A stretch of DNA of 64,000 nucleotides from Fibrobacteria bacterium (GTDB taxonomy: Bacteria > Fibrobacterota > Fibrobacteria > UBA11236 > JADFYW01). Below are positions 49,772 through 60,026 of this stretch, one piece after another. The notes beneath the pieces were generated by a model. That model was given only the letters and a program-made list of their open reading frames with translations. It was not told the origin of the DNA and made no database searches. A program made the translations under genes and the position numbers. Positions within the stretch are counted from its first letter, which is position 1. Each line of letters opens with the position of its first letter. The stretch spans positions 416,001-480,000 of the forward strand of contig JBNKOC010000028.1 of NCBI GenBank assembly GCA_050294405.1, written 5' to 3'.

Positions 49772-51211
49772 ATGTCTAAGCTCATTGGCGTGCTTTTTCT
49801 ATTTGCTGTTTTAGTATTTAATCCAGTTTTTGCTCAACCTGGTGTTCCCCAAAATTTGGAATTCAGCATTTTATTTAATACAGATGATGAAAATAAATTG
49901 AAAATGCCTTTGGGCATCGAAGAAATTCCCACAAGGCCAGGAACTTTTCTGGCTTATCAAAAAACCGGAGAAGTTGTTTTGCTCAGGGATACCCCCGATG
50001 GCCCGGAAGCAACAACGCTGGTTACTATTTTGGTAAATTATCCTGGCGCCTATGAACATGAGTACGGATTATTGGGTCTTGCTTTCCACCCTCAATTTTC
50101 TTTAAATCGCTTGTATTACATTTCGTATATGGCCGATCCCATAGATGAGGAGCAGCTTATTATTGAAGAGCGCAGGATGGGCGAGGACTTTGCTTCCGAT
50201 GAAGGCCATGCCTTAAACATTATAACTATTGAACAAAGCCTCAATAATCACAATGCAGGCACTATTGGTTTTGGTCCCGATGGCATGTTGTACATCTCTG
50301 TGGGCGACGGGGGCCAACAGGGTGACCCCTACAATCGCGGGCAAACTCTTTCCACCTTAATGGGAAAAATGTTGCGTATTAACGTAGACGATAAAACCGG
50401 AGATACTAATTACAAAATTCCGGCAGACAACCCCTTTGTAAATGTTCCCGAGGTTCGGCCCGAAATTTGGGCCTATGGTTTGAGAAATCCCTGGAAATGG
50501 AGTTTTGACAGGCTTACAGGAGAACTCTGGGTAGGCGATGTTGGCTATCTGGATTGGGAGGAAGTTAGCATTGTTCCTAAGGGTGGTAATATGGGTTGGA
50601 AAATATACGAAGGCTATTCCTGTCTGGAATCTGACCTTTGCGAAACGGAAGGGCTTACAGAGCCAATCACAATATTTGACCGGGAAAAATCCACTAGTCT
50701 TACGGGCGGGGTGGTTTTCCGCGGTAATCCGGATTCTCCGTTATACGGAACTTATTTTTGTGCGGACTATGGGTATGCCGGCCGCCAAGGGAGTATTTGG
50801 GTTGTGGTAAAAGATGGTATGGGAGGATATGATAAATATAAGGTGTCCTCCGAAGTGGATGATATAACATCCTTTAACATGGACAGAGCGGGCAATATAT
50901 ATGTTATCAGCCAACAAGGTATGGTTTATAAAATGGAACACCCTGATTTAGTTCCAGTGTCCATAAATCCATTTAATATGAACTATTCAAATTTTGGCAG
51001 GACTAAAAGTCTTTTCGGAAAATCGCCTTTGCTTTCTCAAGAAATTTTATCTCAAAGTTGGAAGCTATATTCCTCAAATGGGAAATTTTTAGGGAAATTA
51101 CATAGTGAAAATTCCTGGAATACAATTGCCTCAAGCCTGGAACAAGGCCTGTATTTTGTATCTATTGAGGGTCAAAACTTCAGTTATAGCTTAAAATGGA
51201 TAATTCCCTAG
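49772..51211 (+). CDS. PQQ-dependent sugar dehydrogenase family with CTD
   Basis: Motifs GLLGLAFHP, NHNAG, YGLRNPW, GGNMGW; tail LYSSNGK...GLYFV. Confidence 0.87.
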   Translation: MSKLIGVLFLFAVLVFNPVFAQPGVPQNLEFSILFNTDDENKLKMPLGIEEIPTRPGTFLAYQKTGEVVLLRDTPDGPEATTLVTILVNYPGAYEHEYGLLGLAFHPQFSLNRLYYISYMADPIDEEQLIIEERRMGEDFASDEGHALNIITIEQSLNNHNAGTIGFGPDGMLYISVGDGGQQGDPYNRGQTLSTLMGKMLRINVDDKTGDTNYKIPADNPFVNVPEVRPEIWAYGLRNPWKWSFDRLTGELWVGDVGYLDWEEVSIVPKGGNMGWKIYEGYSCLESDLCETEGLTEPITIFDREKSTSLTGGVVFRGNPDSPLYGTYFCADYGYAGRQGSIWVVVKDGMGGYDKYKVSSEVDDITSFNMDRAGNIYVISQQGMVYKMEHPDLVPVSINPFNMNYSNFGRTKSLFGKSPLLSQEILSQSWKLYSSNGKFLGKLHSENSWNTIASSLEQGLYFVSIEGQNFSYSLKWIIP

Positions 51212-51291
51212 TTATAAACGAAAGCGAAGGAATTTTAAGACCCATTTCAAAAGCTTAAAAAATTATATTTTACCTCCTAGGAGGTTTGGAT

Positions 51292-51933
51292 ATGGTTAAA
51301 ATAGTGCTGTATGTTCCCATACTTTTTCTGTCGCTATCCTGCGGTGGCAATCAATACATCAATAAAAAGTACGGAAAACCGGCCCATGCCATAAAATTGG
51401 CCATTGTCCCTGTATTTAATCAATTTGAAATGGTATCCGATAACGCCTTTGAAAAGGCTTTTGCCAAAGCTTATGTTCAGGAAATGGTAGCCCCAAGTTC
51501 CATAAGAGCAAAAGTTTTTGAAGATGAGGTGAATGCCCAAGTTCCTGCCGACCAAAAATTAAAGCGCATTTTTCAAAAAGTAACTCAAAAAGAATTCAGT
51601 CAATATGAAATGAAAGAGTTTATGAGCTTAAAAGCCATATTAAGTATGACTGAAATCGATTATTTAAAAACTCGTTTGGACAATGCCAACATGATATTAT
51701 TTCCCATGGTATTAAATGCTACTTCCTACGGGAGATCTGGCGTGGGATACGGCCGGGTCCGTGTTTTTGACCTGGAGTCGGGAGATTTTGTATACGAACG
51801 CTCTGTGGAAGCTAAAGCTTTAATCCAACCTACAGAGGGCAGCGACTACGAGGCGGATGAAGGTTTTGGCGTGCGAGATGTTATTAATGAAATCGCTGTA
51901 GAGCTGCAAAAAGATTTTGATAAAGTGTTGTAA
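51292..51933 (+). CDS. Hypothetical lipoprotein
   Basis: SD AGGAGG; lipobox SLSC. Confidence 0.65.
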   Translation: MVKIVLYVPILFLSLSCGGNQYINKKYGKPAHAIKLAIVPVFNQFEMVSDNAFEKAFAKAYVQEMVAPSSIRAKVFEDEVNAQVPADQKLKRIFQKVTQKEFSQYEMKEFMSLKAILSMTEIDYLKTRLDNANMILFPMVLNATSYGRSGVGYGRVRVFDLESGDFVYERSVEAKALIQPTEGSDYEADEGFGVRDVINEIAVELQKDFDKVL

Positions 51934-54534
51934 TTACAAAGCCTTTTGGAGTTCGCTGATTTTTACCATCAATTCTATGGGGGTCAATTTGGCGAGCTCA
52001 AGCTTCGAAATTTCATCGTACAATTTTTTATATTTGGGGTCTGGTTCCGGAGCTGTAGCAAATAAATTTTGCTGAAAGGGGTTAGGTATTTCTTCGGCTT
52101 TATGGCCGGATACATGGTGATGTTGCTTGTTCTTTTCCAAATCCGATAAAATGTCCCAAGCCCTTTTTAAAATATCCTGAGGGATGCCCGCCATTCCCGC
52201 CACTTGAATTCCATAACTGGAGTCACATGCCCCTTCCAGGATTTTCCGTAAAAAAATCACTTTTTGGTCCACTTCTTTTACGGCTACATGGATGTTAATC
52301 ACTCTTTCCAAATCCTCTTCCAATTGCGTCAACTCGTGGTAGTGGGTGGCGAATAATGTTTTAGCGGCTATTTTGGATTTGTTGTGAAGCGCTTCCACTA
52401 TGGCCCAGGCCAAACTCAGGCCGTCGAAAGTAGAAGTGCCTCTGCCAATTTCATCCAGTAAAATGAGGCTTTTGTTAGTGGCGTTGTTTAGAATGCTGGC
52501 TGTCTCAATCATTTCCACCATAAAAGTGGATTGTCCCCGAGCGAGCCTGTCAGAAGCCCCTACCCTCGTGAAAATCCTATCCACCATACCAATAGTAGCC
52601 TCTTTAGCAGACACATAGCTTCCCATTTGAGCCATTAAGGTAATCAGGGCCACCTGTCTTAAATAGGTAGATTTACCCGCCATATTGGGTCCGGTTATCA
52701 AAAGAATTTGCCGGGAGGATGTGTTTGTATCCACATCATTGGGTATGTATTTGCCTTCCTCAGTGAGTTTTTCCACCACGGGATGCCTGCCATCTTTTAT
52801 TATGATGGCGGACTCATCGTTTAACTGAGGGCAGATATAATTTTGCTTAATGGCGATTTGGGCTAAAGCGCATAATACATCCACGGCGGCCAGCGTATTG
52901 CTCACATCCAATAACATAGAGGTTTGAGTGGAAACAGAATCGCGAATTTCACAAAACAAATTGTATTGAAGTTTGTTGGATTCCCCTTCTGAGCTTAAAA
53001 TTTTAGCTTCCCACTCTTTCATTTCCGGGGTTATAAAGCGTTCGCCATTTACAAGGGTTTGTTTGCGAATAAAATTTTCTGGAACTTTGTTTACATTTTG
53101 TTTGGAAACCTCGATGTAATATCCAAAAACTTTGTTAAACCCCACCTTTAAGCTGGAGATACCTGTTTCAGTTTTAACCGTTTCTTCCAAGCTACTCAGC
53201 CATTTTTTACCTTGGATGGCTCCTTCTAATATGGCTTTAAGTTGAGGGTGTTTCTCGGGGTTTAAGATGTTGCCTTCCCGAATAGTGAGAGGAGGGTTTT
53301 CCACAAAATTTTCTTGCAGTTCAAGTCCCATATCGCCTAATGGAAGCAGTTTTTCCCGGGCTGCACTAAAAAGCGGGCTCACTAACTGGCCCAAATGGCC
53401 AGCTAATTGAGATGCCTGTATTAAGGAGCGGCTAAGGCCCAACAAATCTCTGGCATTGGCTCTTTTTGCCCCAACTCTGGAAAGTATGCGCTCGATATCG
53501 TTGATTTCCCGTAGGTGGCTGCGCAGGGCCTTTAATAAATTTCGGTTTTCAATTAATTCGCCAATGGCTATTTGCCTTTGAGAAATTTTTTGCAAATCCC
53601 GGAGTGGGTGGGTTAACCAATATTTAAGTTTGCGCCCCCCCATGGCTGTTACAGTTTCGTCCAGCAAATTAAAAAGCGTGCCTTCAGGATCATCATCGTG
53701 AAGAGGATGTATCAATTCCAGATTGCGAATGGTGGCTCCATCCAGATTCATTTGCTGGTTAAAAAAGCGTGGTTTTAAGGACAGGATATGGTCTAAGCTG
53801 GATTTTTTATTTTCTGTAACATACATGATGGTAGCCGCAGCAGCCACCAGGGCAACTGCCATGTTATCACATCCAAAGGCTTCCAGAGAATGAATTTTAA
53901 ATTGCTTTAAAAGCTGTTCTTTGCTATCTGCTTTATTAAAGAAATGGCTTTCCAGGGGAGTCAGTAATATTTTTTCCTGCAGGCAAAATTCTTCCACTTT
54001 TGCCAGTTTTTCTTCGCTGTGAATTAAAAGCTCCTGCACTCCAATGCGAAGCATTTCATCCAACACCTCGTTGGCGCTGCCTTCCATCACGCAAAAATGA
54101 GCTGTGGTAATATCCAAATAGGCAAGACCATATATATCTGCCATAACATAAAGACTGGCGATAAAATTGTTGGATTTGGAATCCAAGCAATTTTCGTTAA
54201 TGGTGGTCCCCTTGGTAATGACTTCGGTGACTTCCCGTTTAACAATGCCCTTGGCCTGAGCGGGGTCTTCTGTTTGTTCGCATATGGCTACTTTGTAACC
54301 AGCCTTAATTAATTTAGGCAGGTGTTTTTCCACAGAATGGTAGGGAAAACCCGCTAGGGGCGTTTTGCCCGAAGCGCCGTTGTTACGGGATGTAAGGGTA
54401 AGTCCTAAAACTTTGGAAGCGGTAACTGCATCGTCGTCAAACAGCTCGTAAAAATCGCCCATGCGATAGAGCAATATGGAGTCTTTATGTTGCTCCTTAA
54501 CTTTAAGGTATTGCTCCATTAATGGTGTGGCCAT
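51934..54534 (-). CDS. mutS: DNA mismatch repair protein MutS
   Basis: Motifs TPLMEQY, RMGDFYELF, GPNMAGKST, STFMVEM, DEIGRGTST, FATHYHEL. Confidence 0.98.
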   Translation of the reverse strand: MATPLMEQYLKVKEQHKDSILLYRMGDFYELFDDDAVTASKVLGLTLTSRNNGASGKTPLAGFPYHSVEKHLPKLIKAGYKVAICEQTEDPAQAKGIVKREVTEVITKGTTINENCLDSKSNNFIASLYVMADIYGLAYLDITTAHFCVMEGSANEVLDEMLRIGVQELLIHSEEKLAKVEEFCLQEKILLTPLESHFFNKADSKEQLLKQFKIHSLEAFGCDNMAVALVAAAATIMYVTENKKSSLDHILSLKPRFFNQQMNLDGATIRNLELIHPLHDDDPEGTLFNLLDETVTAMGGRKLKYWLTHPLRDLQKISQRQIAIGELIENRNLLKALRSHLREINDIERILSRVGAKRANARDLLGLSRSLIQASQLAGHLGQLVSPLFSAAREKLLPLGDMGLELQENFVENPPLTIREGNILNPEKHPQLKAILEGAIQGKKWLSSLEETVKTETGISSLKVGFNKVFGYYIEVSKQNVNKVPENFIRKQTLVNGERFITPEMKEWEAKILSSEGESNKLQYNLFCEIRDSVSTQTSMLLDVSNTLAAVDVLCALAQIAIKQNYICPQLNDESAIIIKDGRHPVVEKLTEEGKYIPNDVDTNTSSRQILLITGPNMAGKSTYLRQVALITLMAQMGSYVSAKEATIGMVDRIFTRVGASDRLARGQSTFMVEMIETASILNNATNKSLILLDEIGRGTSTFDGLSLAWAIVEALHNKSKIAAKTLFATHYHELTQLEEDLERVINIHVAVKEVDQKVIFLRKILEGACDSSYGIQVAGMAGIPQDILKRAWDILSDLEKNKQHHHVSGHKAEEIPNPFQQNLFATAPEPDPKYKKLYDEISKLELAKLTPIELMVKISELQKAL

Positions 54535-54571
54535 GGAATTATTTTCCGTTAGTTAAAAACGGAAGCTAAAT

Positions 54572-55279
54572 TTATTCGGCGTCCGAAAAATCTTCTTCAA
54601 TATCTTCGGACATTTCCACAACATCGCCACTTCTATTGATTTGGGGAATCAAAGCTGAGTTTTGAATCATGTTTTCGAACTCAGATAATTTAGGCAGGTC
54701 ATCGGGAACTTTGTTGATATTAAAATACTGTAAAAATTCTTTGGTGGTGCCATAGGTAAAGGCGTTACCCACTTTTTCTGATTTGCCGGTTATGGACACC
54801 AGTTTTTTATCCAGAAGCCCCCGCAGGGTTCCATCCACATTTACTCCGCGAATGTCTTCCACTTCGGCTTTGGTAATAGGTTGTTTGTAGGCAATTATAG
54901 CTAAAATTTCCAGAGCCGCCGGGGACAAACGCCGGGTAGCGGCTTCTTTATAGAGTTTACGAACCCAGGGGTAATAAGTAGGCCTGGTGCGAAAACGGTA
55001 AGTGTTGTTGGTTTCTACAATTTCAAAAGGCTCATTATTTTGAGTTAATTTCTGATTGATTTTTTTGATGTATGTGCGAATTTGATGGGAGTCCAGAGTT
55101 TCCACCACTTCTTTAATGGTTTTAACACTGATGTATTCAGGTGTGCTGAAAATCAGGGCTTTAATGAGGGCTTCCGGATCGGGAGCAAACTCATGTATAT
55201 CCTGAATAACCCCTTCCTGGGTTCTGGCCAGGGTGCTGGTCTGATTTTCTTCCATAACTGAATCTTGAGAATTTTCCAT
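54572..55279 (-). CDS. scpB: SMC-Scp complex subunit ScpB
   Basis: Motifs LSPAALEILAIIAYKQPIT, IRGV, YGTTKEFL, DLP. Confidence 0.95.
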   Translation of the reverse strand: MENSQDSVMEENQTSTLARTQEGVIQDIHEFAPDPEALIKALIFSTPEYISVKTIKEVVETLDSHQIRTYIKKINQKLTQNNEPFEIVETNNTYRFRTRPTYYPWVRKLYKEAATRRLSPAALEILAIIAYKQPITKAEVEDIRGVNVDGTLRGLLDKKLVSITGKSEKVGNAFTYGTTKEFLQYFNINKVPDDLPKLSEFENMIQNSALIPQINRSGDVVEMSEDIEEDFSDAE

Positions 55280-55316
55280 AACTGATTTGTATTCCTTTAC
55301 AATATATTACTGTTAT

Positions 55317-56417
55317 TTAGCCCTCGGGTAAATTTTCCTGGGAATTTTTAATTTCTTCACTGCCGCTATCCAGCAGCAATTTTAAAGGAGAAACAGCCAA
55401 TTCTTCGTTAGCAGGTACAATTGAACTTTGGCTTAAAAGCTCTGGCTCATCCATTAATAGGGATAATGGGGAAATGAGCTGGCTTTGCTTTTCTTCCTTT
55501 TTAGTGGGGTTTAACTCCTCTTCTAATTCTTCGCCTAATTCCCTTAAAACCTTGTCTAATTCGCTTTCTTTGGCAAAATTGTGGAGTTCATTTTGAATAA
55601 AATCAACAAGGCCCGGTTTAAACTCTTCTTTTTCTTTTTGGCCCACATCCAGGCTGCCAAAATCAAAGTCGCCATCGGCGGCCCCTGAATTTTTATAAAT
55701 GTAAATGGGCCCCTGGGTTTGGTGCTGCCGGGAAAAAATCTGGCTTAATTTGCCCAATTCCAAAATGGCCATAAAAGAAACCACAATTACAATGCGTCTG
55801 GGATCGTCTTCAAACAAATCCTCAAATTGGCATTTGGGGCGCAAGGTTAAAAATTGCTGAATTTTTTTGATTTGGTTTTCAATGGTCACGTCATCGATTT
55901 CAATATCGTGAATGGGCACCCGTTTTTTGGACTTGGTAGCAGTGGCAAAGGCCATCATTAGCCCATAAATGTCCGATTCAATGGCAAAATCTTCGTCGCT
56001 GGTTTTTTCTTTGGGTGGTTTATCCCGAAGACCTCGTGGATAGGTGCCAAAATTGCGTGTTTCATGGTGTCGCAAAAACTTTGAGGCCTCTTTGAATTTT
56101 TGATATTCAATCATTTGCTGAATCAGGGCTTCTTTGTCCAAATCCAGTTCCAAATCCTCAATTTCATCTTTTTCCTCATCAGGCAGCAATTCCTGGGCTT
56201 TTAAGCGCATTAATCGCGAGGCCATCACCAGAAAGTCTCCCGCATGGGAAAGATTATCGATTCCAATTTCTTCAATGTACTGCAAGTACTGGTCGGTAAT
56301 AATGGAAATGGGGATTTCCCGGGGTTCCAGCTCGTTTTTTTGCACCAGATAAACCAAAAGGTCTAATGGTCCTTCAAAAACTTTAAGTCGAACTTCGTAT
56401 TTTTGGGCTAATTCCAT
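55317..56417 (-). CDS. scpA: Segregation/condensation protein ScpA (kleisin) with a C-terminal extension
   Basis: Motifs FEGPLDLL, ITDQYL, FLVMAS, FMAILEL. Confidence 0.93.
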   Translation of the reverse strand: MELAQKYEVRLKVFEGPLDLLVYLVQKNELEPREIPISIITDQYLQYIEEIGIDNLSHAGDFLVMASRLMRLKAQELLPDEEKDEIEDLELDLDKEALIQQMIEYQKFKEASKFLRHHETRNFGTYPRGLRDKPPKEKTSDEDFAIESDIYGLMMAFATATKSKKRVPIHDIEIDDVTIENQIKKIQQFLTLRPKCQFEDLFEDDPRRIVIVVSFMAILELGKLSQIFSRQHQTQGPIYIYKNSGAADGDFDFGSLDVGQKEKEEFKPGLVDFIQNELHNFAKESELDKVLRELGEELEEELNPTKKEEKQSQLISPLSLLMDEPELLSQSSIVPANEELAVSPLKLLLDSGSEEIKNSQENLPEG

Positions 56418-56625
56418 ATGGCCGTAAATTAAAAAATATTCCGGAAAGTGGAACTAGATATTGTAGTCTTTTTTTGTGAAATGCTATATCTTGTGGTTCC
56501 CCCTTAAAAGTATAAGCTGAGACACCATTTTTTATCGGCTAAAGCCCTAAATTAAAACAGGAAGATAACCCCGGGAGCGCACTTCCGGTGGGAGGAATAA
56601 AAAAGAAAAAAGAAAGGGTTTAGAA

Positions 56626-58452
56626 CTACTCTACGGTTACACTTTTAGCCAGGTTTCGCGGCTGATCCACATTGCAGCCTCTCAAAACGGCAATATGGTA
56701 GGAAAGCAACTGGAGCGGGATCACAGAAAGAAGCGGTGTTAAGAAACTCATGGTTTCAGGCAAGGCCAGAATATGATCTGCCACATCATTTAGCACTTTA
56801 TCGGAACTGGTAGTAATCGCCAGAATGCGCCCACCCCGGGCCTTGATTTCCTGCATGTTGCTCAGGGTTTTTTCAAAAAGGGTTCCAGAGGGCACAATCA
56901 CCACTACAGGCATATTTTCATCAATTAAGGCAATGGGTCCGTGTTTCATTTCCGCCGCGGGATAGCCCTCGGCATGTATGTAAGATATTTCTTTTAACTT
57001 AAGGGCGCCTTCAAGGGCCACGGGAAAGCTGTAGCCACGACCCAGGTACAAAAAATTGTGGGCGTCCTGATACTCTTCGGCAAAATCGCGGATAATATTG
57101 TTCATCTTTAAAATTTCTTCCACTTTTGCGGGGATGGCCTGAAGCTCTTTGCAAATTTTAATGCCCATATCCGCAGATACCCGGCGCATACGCCCCATCA
57201 TGAGGGCTATCATAGTAAGCACAGTCACTTGGGAAGTGAAGGCCTTGGTACTGGCCACTCCAATTTCAGGCCCTGCGTGCAAATAAACTCCACCGTGGGT
57301 TTCACGGGCAATGGAACTTCCCACTGCATTGCATATACCTAAAACAGTGGCGCCTTTGTGCTTAGCTTCTCTGAGGGCGGCCAGGGTGTCGGCAGTTTCG
57401 CCGGATTGGGAAATGCAGAACACCAGAGTTCTGTCGTCAATAATGGGATTTCGATAGCGAAACTCAGAGGCGTATTCCACTTCCACGGGAACACCCGCCA
57501 AAGACTCAATAACATATTCGCCAACCATACCCGCATAATAGCTGGTACCGCAAGCGGTAATAATAATGCGGTTGATGCTTCTTAGCTCCTGATGCACCAG
57601 GTTTAGACCATCCAAACGGGCGGTACCTGAATCCAAAAGCAAACGTCCCCTTAAAGTGTTCATTATGGTTTGGGGCTGTTCCATAATTTCTTTGAGCATA
57701 AAATGATCAAAGCCGCTCTTTTGAATGGAGTCAACGCTGAATTCCACATTTTGAATTTCGCGGTTTACATCGGAATGGCTGCCGCTTTTAATTTTATAAC
57801 CCTCGGAAGTAATGCGAACACAATCATTGTCGTCCAGATATATCACCTTCTGGGTGTGATCTACTATGGGGGCGGCATCGGAGCCCAGGAAAAATTCATT
57901 TTCAGAAACTCCCACAACCAAAGGGCTTCCCCGGCGGGCTCCAATTAAAACTCCGGGCTCATCCTGACTGATAACCACCAGGCCAAATGCGCCTTCCAGA
58001 TGTTGCATGGCTTCCATTACCGATGCAAACAAATCGCCTTTATAAAATTTGTGAATTAAATGAACAATCACTTCTGTGTCGGTTTCCGATTGAAATTCAA
58101 AACCATCTTCCAGTAGCACCTCTTTAATGGATTTGTAATTCTCAATAATGCCGTTGTGCACCAGGGCAATTTTACCGTCCTGGGATGTATGCGGGTGGGC
58201 ATTGGTTTCATTGGGAGCACCGTGAGTGGCCCAGCGGGTGTGGCCAATTCCGGTTGTGCCCGTTAAAGGTTTTGCGGCCAGCTTTTCGGAAAGGCTGCGC
58301 AACTTGCCTTCGGCTTTTATAGTAGAAATGCCATTAGCGGTTTGTATCGAAACACCGGCGCTATCGTAGCCGCGGTATTCCATGCGTTTTAAACCATTTA
58401 ACAAAATTTGCTGGGCATTTTGAAATCCACAGTAGGCAACAATTCCACACAT
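56626..58452 (-). CDS. glmS: Glutamine-fructose-6-phosphate transaminase
   Basis: Motifs MCGIV, EYRGYDSAG, HTRWATHG, SQSGET, PRNLAKSVTVE. Confidence 0.98.
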   Translation of the reverse strand: MCGIVAYCGFQNAQQILLNGLKRMEYRGYDSAGVSIQTANGISTIKAEGKLRSLSEKLAAKPLTGTTGIGHTRWATHGAPNETNAHPHTSQDGKIALVHNGIIENYKSIKEVLLEDGFEFQSETDTEVIVHLIHKFYKGDLFASVMEAMQHLEGAFGLVVISQDEPGVLIGARRGSPLVVGVSENEFFLGSDAAPIVDHTQKVIYLDDNDCVRITSEGYKIKSGSHSDVNREIQNVEFSVDSIQKSGFDHFMLKEIMEQPQTIMNTLRGRLLLDSGTARLDGLNLVHQELRSINRIIITACGTSYYAGMVGEYVIESLAGVPVEVEYASEFRYRNPIIDDRTLVFCISQSGETADTLAALREAKHKGATVLGICNAVGSSIARETHGGVYLHAGPEIGVASTKAFTSQVTVLTMIALMMGRMRRVSADMGIKICKELQAIPAKVEEILKMNNIIRDFAEEYQDAHNFLYLGRGYSFPVALEGALKLKEISYIHAEGYPAAEMKHGPIALIDENMPVVVIVPSGTLFEKTLSNMQEIKARGGRILAITTSSDKVLNDVADHILALPETMSFLTPLLSVIPLQLLSYHIAVLRGCNVDQPRNLAKSVTVE

Positions 58453-58551
58453 AATACTTCCCTTTAATAAACCGGTTAAGCTCTCATAATCTAACTAAAT
58501 TTGCGGTTTCCCTAAAAGAAAAACGCAAAAATCAAAAACTGGATGGAAATA

Positions 58552-59892
58552 TTATACTTCTGCCATTACCAATTTGCATAGCTCCAAAGCCTCTTTTTTG
58601 TTTGGGGCTTCGGCAATGATGCGAATTATGGGTTCGGTATTGGACGAACGAACGTGAACCCATTTTTTATCCCACTCAAAGCGAAGGCCATCCTGTTCAT
58701 CAATATGGGCATCTTTAAATTTGGCTAGCAAATGTCCAAAAATATTTTCCAGGGATTTTCCGTGGATTTCGCACTTTTGTTTTTCAATATGGTATTTGGG
58801 AATGGAATTCACAAAATCCGTAAGAGTTGTGTTTTTCTCCGCTAAAAATTGCAAAGCCAGGGCAATGCTTAAAATGCCATCTCTGCCGTAATGCAAATCC
58901 GGCAAAATAACTCCGCCGTTGCCTTCTCCCCCAATGGTGCTTTTGTTGAGCTTCATTTGGCTGCTTACATTGATTTCCCCCACTTTGGCCCGATACACCT
59001 TAACTCCAAAACTTTCGGCAATATCTTCGGACATTCTGCTGGTGGAAAGGTTTATAGTGACAGCCCCAGGGTTTTTTTCCAAAATAAGCTGGGTGGCCAG
59101 GGCCAGAGTATATTCTTCGCCAATAACCGTCCCTGTTTCGCTGACCATGGCGCAGCGGTCCGCATCGGGGTCGGTGGCAAATCCAATATGGCATTTTTTC
59201 TTTTTCACCAACTCAGAAAGCTGTTTTAAATTTTTGGGTGTGGGCTCGGGGTTGTGGGGAAATATGCCATTGGGCTCGATGTTAATGGCAACCAGTTCGC
59301 ATCCTAATTTTTTTAACAATTGAGGGACAATTAAGCTTCCTGCTCCGTTTACGCCATCATAAGCCACTTTAAATTTTTGTTTTTTAATTAGCCTGGGGTT
59401 GATGTACTTTAATTTCAAAATGCTGTTAATATGATGTTCATCCCCACCTTTTTGAGTGGAAATGCTTTTTACGCCCTTATAGCCCGACCATTTAAACTGG
59501 TTGTTATCCACAATTTCAAACAATTGTTTGATGTTAGCTTCGTTTAAAAACTCCCCTTCTTTGTTTAAAAATTTTAGGGCGTTCCACTCTATGGGATTGT
59601 GCGAGGCGGTGACAATAATTCCCCCGTCGGCTTTTAATTCGGTGACCATCATCTCCACAGTGGGGGTGCTTGCCAGACCCAATACAATGGGTTCTACTCC
59701 CGCCGCGCAGCAACCCTGGGCAATTAAAGATTCAATCATAGGGCCTGTGGTTCGGGTGTCTCGCCCCACCACTACTTTTTTGGCCTTAGTAATTTGAATA
59801 AAGGCGTTTAAGTAATTCATTAATAGAGGAGGCGTTAATGGGTCGCCAACGATTCCCCGGATTCCAGAAACACTGCGCATTAAAGTGGACAT
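58552..59892 (-). CDS. glmM: Phosphoglucosamine mutase / phosphohexomutase
   Basis: Motifs TASHNP, DPDADR, GEGNGG, RSSNTEP; adjacent to glmS. Confidence 0.82.
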   Translation of the reverse strand: MSTLMRSVSGIRGIVGDPLTPPLLMNYLNAFIQITKAKKVVVGRDTRTTGPMIESLIAQGCCAAGVEPIVLGLASTPTVEMMVTELKADGGIIVTASHNPIEWNALKFLNKEGEFLNEANIKQLFEIVDNNQFKWSGYKGVKSISTQKGGDEHHINSILKLKYINPRLIKKQKFKVAYDGVNGAGSLIVPQLLKKLGCELVAINIEPNGIFPHNPEPTPKNLKQLSELVKKKKCHIGFATDPDADRCAMVSETGTVIGEEYTLALATQLILEKNPGAVTINLSTSRMSEDIAESFGVKVYRAKVGEINVSSQMKLNKSTIGGEGNGGVILPDLHYGRDGILSIALALQFLAEKNTTLTDFVNSIPKYHIEKQKCEIHGKSLENIFGHLLAKFKDAHIDEQDGLRFEWDKKWVHVRSSNTEPIIRIIAEAPNKKEALELCKLVMAEV

Positions 59893-60026
59893 ATCCTAAT
59901 TTTCCTTATTTTTTAGCCTGGGTAATGTGATACCCCAATTTTGGAAGCAAATTACATTAAAAAGGTGTGAAAAAGTCTTAATTTCATAAATTAATGACTG
60001 CAATATAAATTTTAATTCAGAGATTC

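Noticed and set aside
58453..58551. Possible glmS ribozyme
   Set aside because: The spacer is short and AT-rich, with no recognisable ribozyme core.
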